A stretch of 64,000 nt of DNA from Methanobacteriota archaeon (GCA_963719035.1 CAVRAO010000008.1:399898-463897); one strand, 5' to 3'. Positions 41,570-52,245 are shown, counted from the stretch's first letter. Translations and numbers: made by a program. Notes: generated by a model not told the origin, from the letters alone.

Positions 41570-42910
41570 TCAGTTGGTTAGGCTCGTGAGAGGCGCTGGA
41601 ATCGAACCCCCCCTTCGAATGAATTTTTTCGAGCTGAAAGCGTTGAGCCGCACTACGGGTGCTGCCCCTAGCAGTCCACCGAACTCAATCCAGTCACCTT
41701 CTTTTCCAACGGGAATAAGACGCACACCTGTCGTTTTGTTGTTGATGACCCCTATAGCGCACTCATCTGCAATAATTCCCGCAATCGACTCGGCAGATGT
41801 GGCAGCAGGAATGCACACCATGTCGAGACCAACCGAACATACGGCAGTCATTGCCTCGAGTTTTTCCAGCCCAATTGCGCCGATCTTAAGTGCTTCGGCC
41901 ATGCCTGCGTCCTCGCTAACCGGTATGAATGCCCCGCTAAGTCCCCCTACTCGGGATGAGCCCATCGCACCTCCTTTTTTTACCGCATCAGTGAGCATCG
42001 CAAGTGCGGCAGTCGTTCCGGGAGCTCCACAACGCTCAACACCCATTGCTTCGATGATCTGTGCGACAGAGTCACCCTTCTGGGGGGTGGGCGCTAACGA
42101 GAGGTCAACTATTCCAAAATCTACACCCAATCGCGCTGCTATCTCCTTACCTACTAGTTCGCCAACGCGTGTGATCTTAAACGCAGCTCGTTTGACGACC
42201 TCAGCAAGCTCACTAAGGTCACAATCTCCCATGTTCTCAACTACCGCTCTTATGACGCCAGGACCTGATATTCCCACGTTCAGGACCGATTCGGGTTCGC
42301 CCGGGCCGTGAAATGCACCTGCCATAAAAGGATTGTCCGGCGGCGCGTTAGCAAAAGTAACCAGACGGGTACAGAGCCGCGGATCGATAAGAGCCAGTTC
42401 TTTGATGATCCGGCCCATTCTAAGCGCAGCCTCGATGTTGATACCCGCGTTGGTGGTTGCAATGTTTACAGAGGCGCATACCTTTTCAGTCGTGCTGAGC
42501 GCCTGAGGGATCGAATTAACAAGTGCCTCAGCCCCAACTGTAAAGCCTTTTTGGACGAGAGCGGAATAACCACCGATGAAGTCAACGTTTAATTCACACG
42601 CAGCTTGATCCATCGCAGATGCGATCAGTGGACCCGCTTGCGGATGGACGTCGATTAAAGAGCCAATGGGAGTTACCGAGATACGTTTGTTCACAATGGG
42701 CAAGGAATACCGTGCTTCGGCGCGATCGGCTTCTGAGCACAGATTGGCCGCCGTGGCTACAATCTGATCATGCACGGCATTGGCCATTCGTTCAGGATCG
42801 TCTCGCACGCACCCCATCAAGTTCACACCTACGGTGACCGTCCGTATGTCGAGATGCTCGTAAAGGATCATGTCGAGGGTTTCGAGTATTTCGTCAGCAG
42901 TGAAGATCAT
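41570..42910 (-). CDS. DUF711/UPF0210 (PFL-like) family protein
   Basis: LDIRT.T.G, IVNKRISVTPI, DNPFMAGAFHG, DLSLAPTP, GGLSGAFIPVSED, CSVGLDM. Confidence 0.92.
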   Translation of the reverse strand: MIFTADEILETLDMILYEHLDIRTVTVGVNLMGCVRDDPERMANAVHDQIVATAANLCSEADRAEARYSLPIVNKRISVTPIGSLIDVHPQAGPLIASAMDQAACELNVDFIGGYSALVQKGFTVGAEALVNSIPQALSTTEKVCASVNIATTNAGINIEAALRMGRIIKELALIDPRLCTRLVTFANAPPDNPFMAGAFHGPGEPESVLNVGISGPGVIRAVVENMGDCDLSELAEVVKRAAFKITRVGELVGKEIAARLGVDFGIVDLSLAPTPQKGDSVAQIIEAMGVERCGAPGTTAALAMLTDAVKKGGAMGSSRVGGLSGAFIPVSEDAGMAEALKIGAIGLEKLEAMTAVCSVGLDMVCIPAATSAESIAGIIADECAIGVINNKTTGVRLIPVGKEGDWIEFGGLLGAAPVVRLNAFSSKKFIRRGGSIPAPLTSLTN

Positions 42911-43166
42911 AACTACCCCTTTAGCGCGACGCTATCTGCGTACGCACCAGAGTTATAGCGGCCGTTTATCGACTTAAAGCTTAATCTTTGCGGTTTTTCG
43001 CCCTAAAATAGGCCACGTTTTTTTGCTAACAAGCGAAGACGATGTGAAACAGAAAACGCTCGAACGACAAGTTATTTCCCTGCTGTATTGGCTCACAAAC
43101 ACATATTTCGATTTCGGCTCGAGCAATATTTTGTCACGTGTTATATCGTTACGAGGGGGAAAAAGG

Positions 43167-43241
43167 CGGACCCGGGGGGATTTGAACCCTCGACCACCGG
43201 CTTAGAAGGCCGGTGCTATATCCTGACTAAGCCACGGGCCC
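43167..43241 (-). tRNA. tRNA-Arg(TCT)
   Basis: GGGCCCG...CCGGC-CT-TCT-AA-GCCGG...GAGGG-TTCAAAT-CCCCC-CGGGTCC-G cloverleaf. Confidence 0.95.
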
Positions 43242-43461
43242 CTTATTTCACATGCTCGTAACTCATACTTATATTGTCTTAAAAAGCGATTAAGCGACGC
43301 TGGTGCATTTTAGCAGCTCCCGCCGTTTAAACGTTATTTTAAGCGGATCGAGCAAATGCTAGTGAGAGACTCTCGGCGCTGACGACCAAACCTCTCGTAT
43401 CGCAAAGAGCCACCGTATACCTTAGCTTATGTAAAACTGGCCTTTTTAGGCTGGAATGACT

Positions 43462-43854
43462 TCAGCGACCTTCATAGTGGCATACTTCAGAGGTCTCCAC
43501 TGTTAAGATCTTTCCTGGTCCTTGATCCTCGATCGCGCGCAGTCGGCACGTCTGCTCGCGCAGTTCAAGCTGAACACGGGCTGACATGAGTTCGCGTTCC
43601 TCATAGAAGTCGCCAACGCGGTGTCTAACTTTTTGCATTGTAATGGTTTTATCGCGTAAGCGCGCCAGAACACCGGTCGTACCGATCGCAACATCGTGAC
43701 GGCTCGCGTCTGTCACGAACAATGTATCACCAACGTGAGCTTCAAAAACAATGGGAATATTGTGAGCGCTGCGCAACTCAAATGTCCTCACGCGCTTTTT
43801 GACGAGATCGTCGATTCTGTCTTTTGATATGCCGGTCAAAGCTAAATGTCTCAT
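43462..43854 (-). CDS. DUF473 family protein
   Basis: ALTGIS, RTFELRSAHN, EERE...ARVQL. Confidence 0.8.
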   Translation of the reverse strand: MRHLALTGISKDRIDDLVKKRVRTFELRSAHNIPIVFEAHVGDTLFVTDASRHDVAIGTTGVLARLRDKTITMQKVRHRVGDFYEERELMSARVQLELREQTCRLRAIEDQGPGKILTVETSEVCHYEGR

Positions 43855-43858
43855 TTGC

Positions 43859-44632
43859 TCACCCATACATAACCTGAGTTGGCCCTTTTGTTTCCACTTG
43901 TTCCGCACCTTGGACCTGTTCCGCAAGCTTCTGTAGCTCTGTTTCGATCTGATCAGCCTCTTCAACGAGCTTCTGAGTATTGATATTTAACTTCATTAAG
44001 TCGTTAATAACGTCAATTACTCGAGCTGCTGCGCGAGGATCGGGGGTCGGTCCCTGGGTTTCGCCCAAGAGACAAAGTGCCGGAAGCTTGCTTATATAAC
44101 TCTCATTCATTAAACTCCCCGCAATTCCTGAAATACTTCCAGAGACTAACGTCTCGGTTTTATCTTTTACGAGATTGAGTTGTTCGGCGCCGGTTGCTGC
44201 AGCAAAAACCGTGCGCTGCTCGCGCATAGTAGCAATGCCAGCAATCGGTATGTTAAGTCTCGCATTCAGGCTCTGCGCCCAGTTAGTAATCTCTTTCCCG
44301 ATATCGTACGCTATCATCGGATGAATGAGGATATCCGAAAGCACTACGATAAAGTCATTTTGAGGGTCTTCATATACTCTGACAGGGGCGTGCGCGAGTC
44401 CTTCATAGAGCACCGTAATGGGCGGAAACAGGCGAGACTCGATGGTTCCGATCTGCTTCATTTTGAGCTCTGCTACTATCTGCGTAGCCACGATGTTACC
44501 AACGAGTCCGATACCAGGGAATCCCTCGAGGATTACCGGATTTTTTGAGCTCACCCCCTCTTCAATGATCATGTGTACGTATTCGTTGTCAGTCGTTCCG
44601 GCTTTCATATTATCAGCATCCGCAATTGCCAC
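43859..44632 (-). CDS. PAC2-family proteasome assembly chaperone
   Basis: EGFPGIGLVG.I, G.ISGI.G, PDPRAA, C-terminal MYG HbYX motif. Confidence 0.9.
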   Translation of the reverse strand: MAIADADNMKAGTTDNEYVHMIIEEGVSSKNPVILEGFPGIGLVGNIVATQIVAELKMKQIGTIESRLFPPITVLYEGLAHAPVRVYEDPQNDFIVVLSDILIHPMIAYDIGKEITNWAQSLNARLNIPIAGIATMREQRTVFAAATGAEQLNLVKDKTETLVSGSISGIAGSLMNESYISKLPALCLLGETQGPTPDPRAAARVIDVINDLMKLNINTQKLVEEADQIETELQKLAEQVQGAEQVETKGPTQVMYG

Positions 44633-44788
44633 TTCTTAAACAATAACCCGTTTCATAGTAAATACTTTATCGACTCATCCCACCGGCATCCCTTGATCGC
44701 CTGATGCTGATATCCAGTTTCCTGCAACGATCCAAAGGACTTATAAACAATATGCTTTAAGAGCACGTACACGATCATAACCTAGGGT

Positions 44789-45112
44789 GTGATTGCAGTC
44801 CAAGAATATGTGTTCAAACGTGGGTTCAAGAAAGAGGCCCACAAGCGCATTGTAGAAGCACTCAAAGATTGCTTTAGCGTCGACGTTAAAGAAAGCGACG
44901 ACGAATACGTTTTAAGCTATGGGGCACTCCGAAAGATCACAATACGGGTGAGAGATACGTTACTCGTTGAAACTGAAGCTGCGGAAGGCGTCCCAGACGA
45001 ATTGATAGTCGATACAAATGCGCGGTTCCGCTGTTTTCTAGAAAAAGCAACCGGGTACACAGCAAAACAGCGGGCAAAAAAGGCTCAAGAAGCGGTAAAA
45101 AGCGCTCGATAA
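44789..45112 (+). CDS. DUF5611/COG4004 family protein
   Basis: EY..KRG, SYGAL, FLE.ATGYTAK.R.K. Confidence 0.75.
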   Translation: MIAVQEYVFKRGFKKEAHKRIVEALKDCFSVDVKESDDEYVLSYGALRKITIRVRDTLLVETEAAEGVPDELIVDTNARFRCFLEKATGYTAKQRAKKAQEAVKSAR

Positions 45113-45140
45113 AGCTAATTTTCTCTTCTCTTTATCTACA

Positions 45141-48047
45141 CTACTCAACGTAAATTGCAGGTTTCGCCGGAAGTGCTCGCCTCGCCCGATTCGCAGGATC
45201 ATATATCTCGGAGTTTTCCACGAAGACGCATACCCGTTTCCCAAATCTTCGAGATAAGTACTCCTTAGCCGCAAGCAGAGTCTCGGATTCAGCCTCAAAG
45301 CCAAGCAAGGTGTCAGCGGCAGGGGCCTGAGCAAGCGATTTCACAAGATCGGGCGTGATCCGAGCTACATCCTTCAAACGCGTACGCAGATCTGGGTCTT
45401 CTTTGGCTCGCGCCATAATTTCTTTCAGCGAACGATCCTCTAACCCATGCACTACGTGGTAGAGTTGGTACTTCCACGCTGCTGCAAGATAGATGAAAAC
45501 TGATGCAGTTTCCCGTCTTATCGCAGCTTGGATGTTCGAAATGTCGCCAATTACCCCGTCAAGGAAGCGCTTTTGCACAAGTGTTTCAGCATAATGGTTA
45601 TCATGCTCCGGGAAGGCAGCCAATGAGATGTAGCCAACGTTGTGCATTCTCTCCCACAATTCTTCAGCAATATGTGGAACCACCGGAGCGAGCACGCGAA
45701 GCCATATGTTAAGAATGTCCGAAAGCACATGACGCCTCTCATCAGAGTCTGAAATCATAGATTTGTACTCATCGACCCGGTTTAACTGCTCAAAAAACGC
45801 TTCCGTAACGTACTTTCTGTATGAGAATTGATGAGCCGCTTCTGAAGCTTTTGACACCATAGCGTTCGTCGCTGCCAGGATCCATCTGCTCGCAAATGAG
45901 AGTTCCTTATCATACTGCGACCGTCCCGCCCCGATATCACTATTTGCTGCGTGCCAAAACCGTAGAAGCCTTTTTTTGACCATCTCGACTTCATTTTCTC
46001 TCCAATCAACCGTTGAATTGAGATCAGCGATGGAAACTAGACAGAGTCTCACGAGGTCCGCACTGTAGACCTCTGGGACGGTAGCGATGGGAATTACGTT
46101 GCCCCGACTCTTCGACATCTTAACCCCTTCGCGAATCAGAAGCTCGTTTAGGGTTACGACCCGCGGCCAGCACACCTTAGGGAAGATTATTGCATGATGG
46201 AACAGGAAGAAGCTCAAGTGATTGGATATGTGGGCGACGGCGGTGTGCCGGTGATCGTTGGGGTACCAATAGGTAAACTCGCTTCGCGCTGCCCTCAACA
46301 TCTCCTGAGATAAACCAGTTTGCTGGCTTACGCGCGTTAAATCGCCTTTACCGAGAAAGATAAAATCAAAGAAAGCGGGCGTGAGCTGCTCTGGTTCGCA
46401 CTCCCGCAGGTGCTTGATGACAGTATAAAGCGCCATGTAAATTACGGAATCAGAAAGTGGCTCAATGATCCAATGCTCTTTGGAGAATGGAAACTCTGTG
46501 CCGAGACCTCTGCGTCTGACGCACGGCCGTTGATCGAGCCACTGAAACGTTTGAGCGAATTGTGCCCTATACGCATCCGGCACGATTTTTAGCTGGTCTA
46601 ACAGTTCAAATGCCTTTGCTTTCCACTTAGGGTCACCATAGTTGAGAAAGTATTGGTCTGGCTCAATAGCGACAACAACATTGCCGCCGCACCGACAGAG
46701 TCCTTTTGCTGAAGTCTCGTAAATCGTTGATGCGGCATTTCGCGCCTTGAGAAACTCTACGATGTCTTGTTTTACGTCGCGCACAAGTCTGCCTTCAAAT
46801 TGTTGTGCAACGTGCCTAAGAGTGCCAGTATAGAACTCTTCCCTGTAGAGTAGGTTTGTTATTCGGCTAAGCGTTTCATTGTCACGTTGCGATTGGACGT
46901 TATAACGTTCGCATAGTTCTACGGCTGGGAAATCGCCATATCCGTCAATCTCTACTAGAGAGAGCGGTTTTATAGCTTCAATATCGTTGTTTAACCGAGA
47001 GAGATCGATATCTGCGTTGATATCCCGCTGTTGCTTCAGGTCGTTCAGAGCTGCCCAATCGTAAGGCGCGTGAGCGGGAACGCTCATGACGATTCCGGTG
47101 CCGTAATCGACATCAACGAAGTACGCCGGGAGAATCGGTATTTTGCTTCCGACAGGGCTAATGCAGTGGATACCTAACAAGTCCGTGCCGCGCAACTCCT
47201 CAATGACATTTACATCGTGCTGCTGATAGCGCAACTTGGATGCGCTTTGCTGAGAGATGATCCACATCTCGCCGTCGACATAAGCCTTGACGTAGGTCGC
47301 GCTCGGAGCTACCCAGAGATTTGTCACCGCAAAAACCGTTTCAGGGCGCAGCGTTGCTGTAACAACGTACGCGTCTTCAAAGGAGAACTTTATCCCAACG
47401 TACTCGTCGATAGAAATCTTCTCAACGTCACCGCCAGCAATGTCATCTTCCCCAACGGCATTTTGATCGACCGTGCAGTAGAGGATTGGGTGCTGCCCGC
47501 TGACTATCAGTCCGAGCTCCATTAGCTTGTCGTATTGCCAGCGAATAAACTGGTTGTAGATCGGATCTCCGGTGGTAAACTGCCTAGACCAGTCTATGGA
47601 GAACCCCATTTTCTGGAAATCTGGAATGATCCTTGCTGCAAAGTAGTTCGCGATATTCCAAGGATTGACAAATGAGTTGACGATCTCCTCGATGCGCGAC
47701 TCGTCTGCTTCGTAGAGTCGGACGTAGTTTTTGTAAAGTGCTATCGTCGCGCTCTCGCAACGCTCTATGCACGAGCTGATTGCGAGAATCGGGGTCCCCG
47801 TGATGTGCCACGCCATCGGCCACAAGACGTTGTGGCCGTTCATTCTCATAAATCGAGCGTGAATGTCGGCTATATTGTACGTCCGCGTGTGGCCTATGTG
47901 CTGCGGTCCGCTTGTATAAGGATATGGTGTCGTTAAGAAGTACTTCTTCGAGCCCGTACTTTTTGGCTCAAATATCTTATCACAAAACCACCGATCCTGC
48001 CACTTGCGCTCAATTGCTCGAATTTCGTCAAGTTCAGAAGCTGTCAA
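45141..48047 (-). CDS. leuS: leucyl-tRNA synthetase (archaeal type)
   Basis: PYTSG..HIGH, TLRPET editing motif, GTGIVMSVPAHAP.D, KMSKS, A.P.KPAIYVE. Confidence 0.95.
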   Translation of the reverse strand: MTASELDEIRAIERKWQDRWFCDKIFEPKSTGSKKYFLTTPYPYTSGPQHIGHTRTYNIADIHARFMRMNGHNVLWPMAWHITGTPILAISSCIERCESATIALYKNYVRLYEADESRIEEIVNSFVNPWNIANYFAARIIPDFQKMGFSIDWSRQFTTGDPIYNQFIRWQYDKLMELGLIVSGQHPILYCTVDQNAVGEDDIAGGDVEKISIDEYVGIKFSFEDAYVVTATLRPETVFAVTNLWVAPSATYVKAYVDGEMWIISQQSASKLRYQQHDVNVIEELRGTDLLGIHCISPVGSKIPILPAYFVDVDYGTGIVMSVPAHAPYDWAALNDLKQQRDINADIDLSRLNNDIEAIKPLSLVEIDGYGDFPAVELCERYNVQSQRDNETLSRITNLLYREEFYTGTLRHVAQQFEGRLVRDVKQDIVEFLKARNAASTIYETSAKGLCRCGGNVVVAIEPDQYFLNYGDPKWKAKAFELLDQLKIVPDAYRAQFAQTFQWLDQRPCVRRRGLGTEFPFSKEHWIIEPLSDSVIYMALYTVIKHLRECEPEQLTPAFFDFIFLGKGDLTRVSQQTGLSQEMLRAARSEFTYWYPNDHRHTAVAHISNHLSFFLFHHAIIFPKVCWPRVVTLNELLIREGVKMSKSRGNVIPIATVPEVYSADLVRLCLVSIADLNSTVDWRENEVEMVKKRLLRFWHAANSDIGAGRSQYDKELSFASRWILAATNAMVSKASEAAHQFSYRKYVTEAFFEQLNRVDEYKSMISDSDERRHVLSDILNIWLRVLAPVVPHIAEELWERMHNVGYISLAAFPEHDNHYAETLVQKRFLDGVIGDISNIQAAIRRETASVFIYLAAAWKYQLYHVVHGLEDRSLKEIMARAKEDPDLRTRLKDVARITPDLVKSLAQAPAADTLLGFEAESETLLAAKEYLSRRFGKRVCVFVENSEIYDPANRARRALPAKPAIYVE

Positions 48048-48071
48048 TCGTACCCCTGCAAATCTGAACGA

Positions 48072-48665
48072 TCAAAAAATAGTAATTCGAACAAGCGACC
48101 TAATCGGAACATCCAGGACTTGCTTGATTCCCTTCTTGTTAATAAGAACAGCTATCGAGAGCGGCGTTGCTTGCATCTCTTTCATGACCTTGACAATTTC
48201 TGTTGCGGTGCTGCCAGTAGTAATAACGTCATCGACTATCGCACAACTTTTTCCTGAGATATCGGCAAAATTTTGGCTAAATGATCCTTTAAAGCTTTCA
48301 TTCTCAGATCCCTTCTGCTTTTGAGGGACAAACACCGCAAGTTCTGCTTCAATTTCGTCTGCGACCAGCGTTGCAAGAGGCAGGCCACTTAGCGCAACCC
48401 CAACGACGACGTCAGGAACGCCCGTTTCCAATATCATATCGGCTAACGCGAGCGAAACAAATCTGAGCCGCTCCGCGTTTTGCCCAATCTCGCTCCAGTT
48501 AACATATATATCCTTTGGAACCGGTCCTCGCGAGGTTTTGGAGCGGGTAAGAAGCCACGTTGCGGTCTCTCGTGATATGTTCAGTTCGTCAGCTATCTCG
48601 CCCGAACGTAACCCTTTCTCGTGCAGTTCCTGCGCCTTACTTATGAGGTCGTTCAAATCTTTCAT
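48072..48665 (-). CDS. HTH + PyrE-like phosphoribosyltransferase-domain protein (COG0856)
   Basis: IADELNISRETA.WL HTH and VDDVITTG PRPP motif. Confidence 0.88.
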   Translation of the reverse strand: MKDLNDLISKAQELHEKGLRSGEIADELNISRETATWLLTRSKTSRGPVPKDIYVNWSEIGQNAERLRFVSLALADMILETGVPDVVVGVALSGLPLATLVADEIEAELAVFVPQKQKGSENESFKGSFSQNFADISGKSCAIVDDVITTGSTATEIVKVMKEMQATPLSIAVLINKKGIKQVLDVPIRSLVRITIF

Positions 48666-48691
48666 GTTCTTACTCCTACAACCATCGGCAC

Positions 48692-49162
48692 TTACCGTTT
48701 CACCGGCTTGACTCTCACGTCAGATCCACACACAGGACAGATTACTTCCGACTCATATAGCCGACCGCATCCAACGCACCTGCGCCTCCACGTGAGCACG
48801 CGTTTGATTCGCGCCTGCTGGATCGGTTGTGTCTCAATACCGAGGAGCGAAGCGACGTTTTGAATGGAATAGTCATCGGTGACCAGTGTTCCGCTCAGTT
48901 CGAGTGCTTTAGCCAGCAAGTCAATATCAGCTTGAGACAGCCTGAGATAGTCACCTGTGGACTTAGCCTTTTCCGTGACGGTTTCTACGTCGGTTTTCAG
49001 GGGAGATTCGATTTTCAGTCCCCCTTTTAGATACTCTTGCAGCGCTACTGCCGCTTCAGAGCTTACCAACTCACGGGTTACCTCAGGGACAGTGTATATG
49101 TTGCCAGAGACTTGAAAGCCATAAATAAACACGGGTGCGTCAAGCACGTACGTTCTGGTCAT
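48692..49162 (-). CDS. nob1: Nob1 PIN endonuclease
   Basis: YVLD, LS..D, TDDYSIQN, C.GC...CP.CG zinc ribbon. Confidence 0.9.
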   Translation of the reverse strand: MTRTYVLDAPVFIYGFQVSGNIYTVPEVTRELVSSEAAVALQEYLKGGLKIESPLKTDVETVTEKAKSTGDYLRLSQADIDLLAKALELSGTLVTDDYSIQNVASLLGIETQPIQQARIKRVLTWRRRCVGCGRLYESEVICPVCGSDVRVKPVKR

Positions 49163-49461
49163 CTGCTAGCATATGTACTTGATCCAATATGCACTTTTTT
49201 AATAGGCAACAGGCATATAATCAGCCCGAGCACGAGCTCTCCGAAACGGAGCAGTTCTTGCAATGTGTGTGCACGAAAGGCTAGACGCGCTAAGATTGCA
49301 GCACGTGGGCGCAGGACACGCTCCGTTAATCACAAGAGAGGGATATACCTATGTAACTCGTGCGGAATTTAATAGAGGAAGCTCCGTCCTCAGCGAGTTG
49401 GAGAAAGATTTTTATGATCTCTACGTGCTGTACTACTGAATATAAAATGGAGGTGCATGTT

Positions 49462-49857
49462 ATGACGAACCTGCCTGAAGAAGTAATCAACAACATTAAT
49501 GCCGTAAAGACTGTAGTGTTCACAACGGTAAGTGATGCCGGTGTGCCTAATGCCGTACCAAATCAATTCATCATCGTAAAAGCTCCCGAAACTATTCTCA
49601 TCGGTGACAACAATTGGCAGAAAACTCTCGATAATCTGAAGAAGCCAAATAGCAACGTCGCTCTTACCTCGTGGGAGGGCTACGTGGGATATCAAGTCAA
49701 GGGTGTGGCCAACTATGTCACTGAAGGGCCTGACTATGAGATGATGAAACAGAAGATCAAGAGCCGAAATGAGAAATTACCTGCAAAAGGCTGTGCAATA
49801 ATGACTGTAACGGAAGTCTACGACATTGCACCGGGCAAAGGAAAAAGAATCGCCTAA
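49462..49857 (+). CDS. pyridoxamine 5'-phosphate oxidase-like FMN/F420-binding protein
   Basis: T.S..G.PN, KT..NL, GYQVKG, P.KG...V.EVY...PG; GGAGGTG SD. Confidence 0.85.
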   Translation: MTNLPEEVINNINAVKTVVFTTVSDAGVPNAVPNQFIIVKAPETILIGDNNWQKTLDNLKKPNSNVALTSWEGYVGYQVKGVANYVTEGPDYEMMKQKIKSRNEKLPAKGCAIMTVTEVYDIAPGKGKRIA

Positions 49858-49963
49858 TCAGCCAACAATCTAGAAACTACAGTCGCTCAGCATTCAAACG
49901 ATCACAATCAAGATGTTTATAACTTGTCGCTCTAATCTGTAGTTGGAGAATTAGAGACAAAGA

Positions 49964-51772
49964 ATGACAGCAGACATAGTCGCACTTTTTACCGAGTTTG
50001 GCCTTAACAACGACGCAGCAGAGGTGTACCTTCACCTATTGCAAGCGGGAAGACAAACGGCTAGTGAAATTGCCGAGTCGCTTCATCTAGACAATCGGGC
50101 TGCAAATGACATTCTAAGGGAACTTTTCAAAGAGGGACTCGCTAAGCGCATATCAACTAATCCGGAGACGTTTCTAGCAGCATATCCGGCTCCCTTAATC
50201 CGCCCTGTCATTGATAAAGAGGCGGCAAAGTTGCAGCATCTTAGCGAGGCCCGAGATCACCTTCTGGAGCTGTGGGACGTTGAGCGCACAAAAGCGCAAG
50301 GGTTACCTGTCGAATGGTGTCCGATCGAAGAGGGCTTCTCTATTCTCTACGACAAAGACGACATTATTAGCAGGCGGCTCGAGACCCTCGAAGCGACCGA
50401 GAAAAGACTTTGGATTATCTCTACCGAGTTTTGGCTCCCTCGGTGGGACAAAGTACTAAGCGATTATTTTGTTGACAGTGAAGGAAGATGCAAGATCGAG
50501 GATCTCAAGATCCTGCTTCCGATTACGCCGAGCAACATCGACGTTGTGAAGCAACTCTCGACTTGCTTTAACATACGGCACGCACCAATGATGAGCAATA
50601 TCGCTATCGTTATTTCAGACTGTAAAGAGGCCATGTATACGGGTATCAAGAAGGATCTGGACGAGTTGGAGAGAGTCGAACTCACCCCGTCGTTGTGGTC
50701 GAACAACAGCGGATTCATTGAAATCCAGAGTTCCCTTTTTCAAACACTATGGGAACGAGGAGTAGAAGCCCGTTTTAGGATACAAGAGATTGAAACGGGT
50801 AAGCCCATCGAGGTCACGCGCGTTATTACCGATTACAAAGAGATTGTACAAGACTTCACGTCGCTGATAAATACGGCCCAAAACGAGATCTTCTTGTGGA
50901 TTAGAGGTGAAGCTTTGCCGGTTTTGGCACCACTTATCCCCAAGGATGCGCGGCAGCGAGGTATAAGCGTTATTGTAATGGCTGAAATAAACAAGGATAA
51001 TCTGCAAGCGGCACAAGACATCGCCCAATACGCGGACGTCCGGCATATCCCTCAGATTGTACATAGCACAGGTGTCATCATTGACCACCAAGCAATGCAA
51101 GTGCTATTGTACTCCTTCAGTGAAAAGGGCGCAGAGCTCTTTAATTCAATTTACACGAACACACAGAGCTTTGTCGAGACGCAGCACTCGATGATGGAAG
51201 ACATGTGGCACTCGGGAATCGAGCTGCGGTACAGAGAACAAGAGCTAACGGAAGGTCGGGTGGTGCAGACGATACAAGTGATCAAGAAGAGGGAGAACGT
51301 CTACAAAGCTTTCTACGAAATGCTCGACAGATCAAAGAGCGAATTCAATGTTATACAAACTCGAATGGGCGTAAAACGGCTCTATAACTTAATAAAAGAT
51401 AGAGAGATGCCGAAGATTACCTATCGTTTGCTTGCCCCTATTGAGAGCGTCAACATTGAAGAGGCGCGTCTGCTGACCAAATACTTTGAAATTCGGCATC
51501 TTGAATCGGAGACTGGAGCGGGAATTTTTATATCAGATGATGACAAGCTGCTTGGAACGAGCTATATTTACGACACTGGTGACGTGGATAACGTGATTTA
51601 CAAGTCGGCATTTAAAACGGACATCTCTGAGTTTATTTTTATTGAAAAGGAACTCTTCAACAGCTTCTGGTACAAAGCAACGCCGCTAAGTGTCAGAGAG
51701 CAGGAGCTGCCAGCCGACAGCAGAACAGGTGTGATCGACACAGAGAAGCTCGAAAAGCGACCGTTGCACTAG
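49964..51772 (+). CDS. TrmB-family regulator with three tandem effector-binding-like domains
   Basis: FGL....AEVY..LL..G...ASEIA wHTH; three repeats, each with (V/I)RH, I.D and F..(L/M/F)W. Confidence 0.75.
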   Translation: MTADIVALFTEFGLNNDAAEVYLHLLQAGRQTASEIAESLHLDNRAANDILRELFKEGLAKRISTNPETFLAAYPAPLIRPVIDKEAAKLQHLSEARDHLLELWDVERTKAQGLPVEWCPIEEGFSILYDKDDIISRRLETLEATEKRLWIISTEFWLPRWDKVLSDYFVDSEGRCKIEDLKILLPITPSNIDVVKQLSTCFNIRHAPMMSNIAIVISDCKEAMYTGIKKDLDELERVELTPSLWSNNSGFIEIQSSLFQTLWERGVEARFRIQEIETGKPIEVTRVITDYKEIVQDFTSLINTAQNEIFLWIRGEALPVLAPLIPKDARQRGISVIVMAEINKDNLQAAQDIAQYADVRHIPQIVHSTGVIIDHQAMQVLLYSFSEKGAELFNSIYTNTQSFVETQHSMMEDMWHSGIELRYREQELTEGRVVQTIQVIKKRENVYKAFYEMLDRSKSEFNVIQTRMGVKRLYNLIKDREMPKITYRLLAPIESVNIEEARLLTKYFEIRHLESETGAGIFISDDDKLLGTSYIYDTGDVDNVIYKSAFKTDISEFIFIEKELFNSFWYKATPLSVREQELPADSRTGVIDTEKLEKRPLH

Positions 51773-52026
51773 GCCTTTTAAGTGGGTCTGCTAAGACTTG
51801 CTCGCCAAGCGTTCCTTAATTTTTTAGGTGCGAGATCTGCGAGTTACCGCTGTACCGAACAAAAAGCGTTTGTTACAGCCCGAATACTGACGATGGGCTG
51901 CTGTTAAACGCCCAAAGCAACCCCGTGCAGGTTCGAAGAATTTTTTGTGACTCACTCGATTCAAAAATGCACAAAGCAACATTTTTTATACATAACACGA
52001 CGTGCAATATTCAAAGGGGTGTCAGC

Positions 52027-52245
52027 ATGACGCGTGGAGTATTACACAAAGACGTTTCGACGCTTAGTGGCGTCAACGTCGGAAAAGTAAAAGACGTTCT
52101 GATAAACTGGGACAACAAAGAGATTTCACTAGACGTCACAAAAGGCTTGCTAAAAGGGGAGACAATTGTTCCTTGGTCGAAAATCATAAGCGTAGGCGAT
52201 ATTATTATTGTTTCTGATGATTTAGCCCCGGAAGAAAGCAAATAA
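52027..52245 (+). CDS. PRC-barrel protein
   Basis: V....G..VG.V.D..I, VPW..I..VGDIIIV. Confidence 0.85.
   Translation: MTRGVLHKDVSTLSGVNVGKVKDVLINWDNKEISLDVTKGLLKGETIVPWSKIISVGDIIIVSDDLAPEESK

Noticed and set aside
41448-42311. Long antisense ORF (287 aa) and many similar shadow ORFs
   Set aside because: They lie opposite well-conserved genes, are Ser/Pro/Ala-rich, and this one starts inside a tRNA; treated as non-coding shadows.
41405-43241. Two tRNA-Arg genes as integration sites flanking an element
   Set aside because: No integrase and no duplicated tRNA 3' end; the intervening gene is a conserved DUF711 protein.
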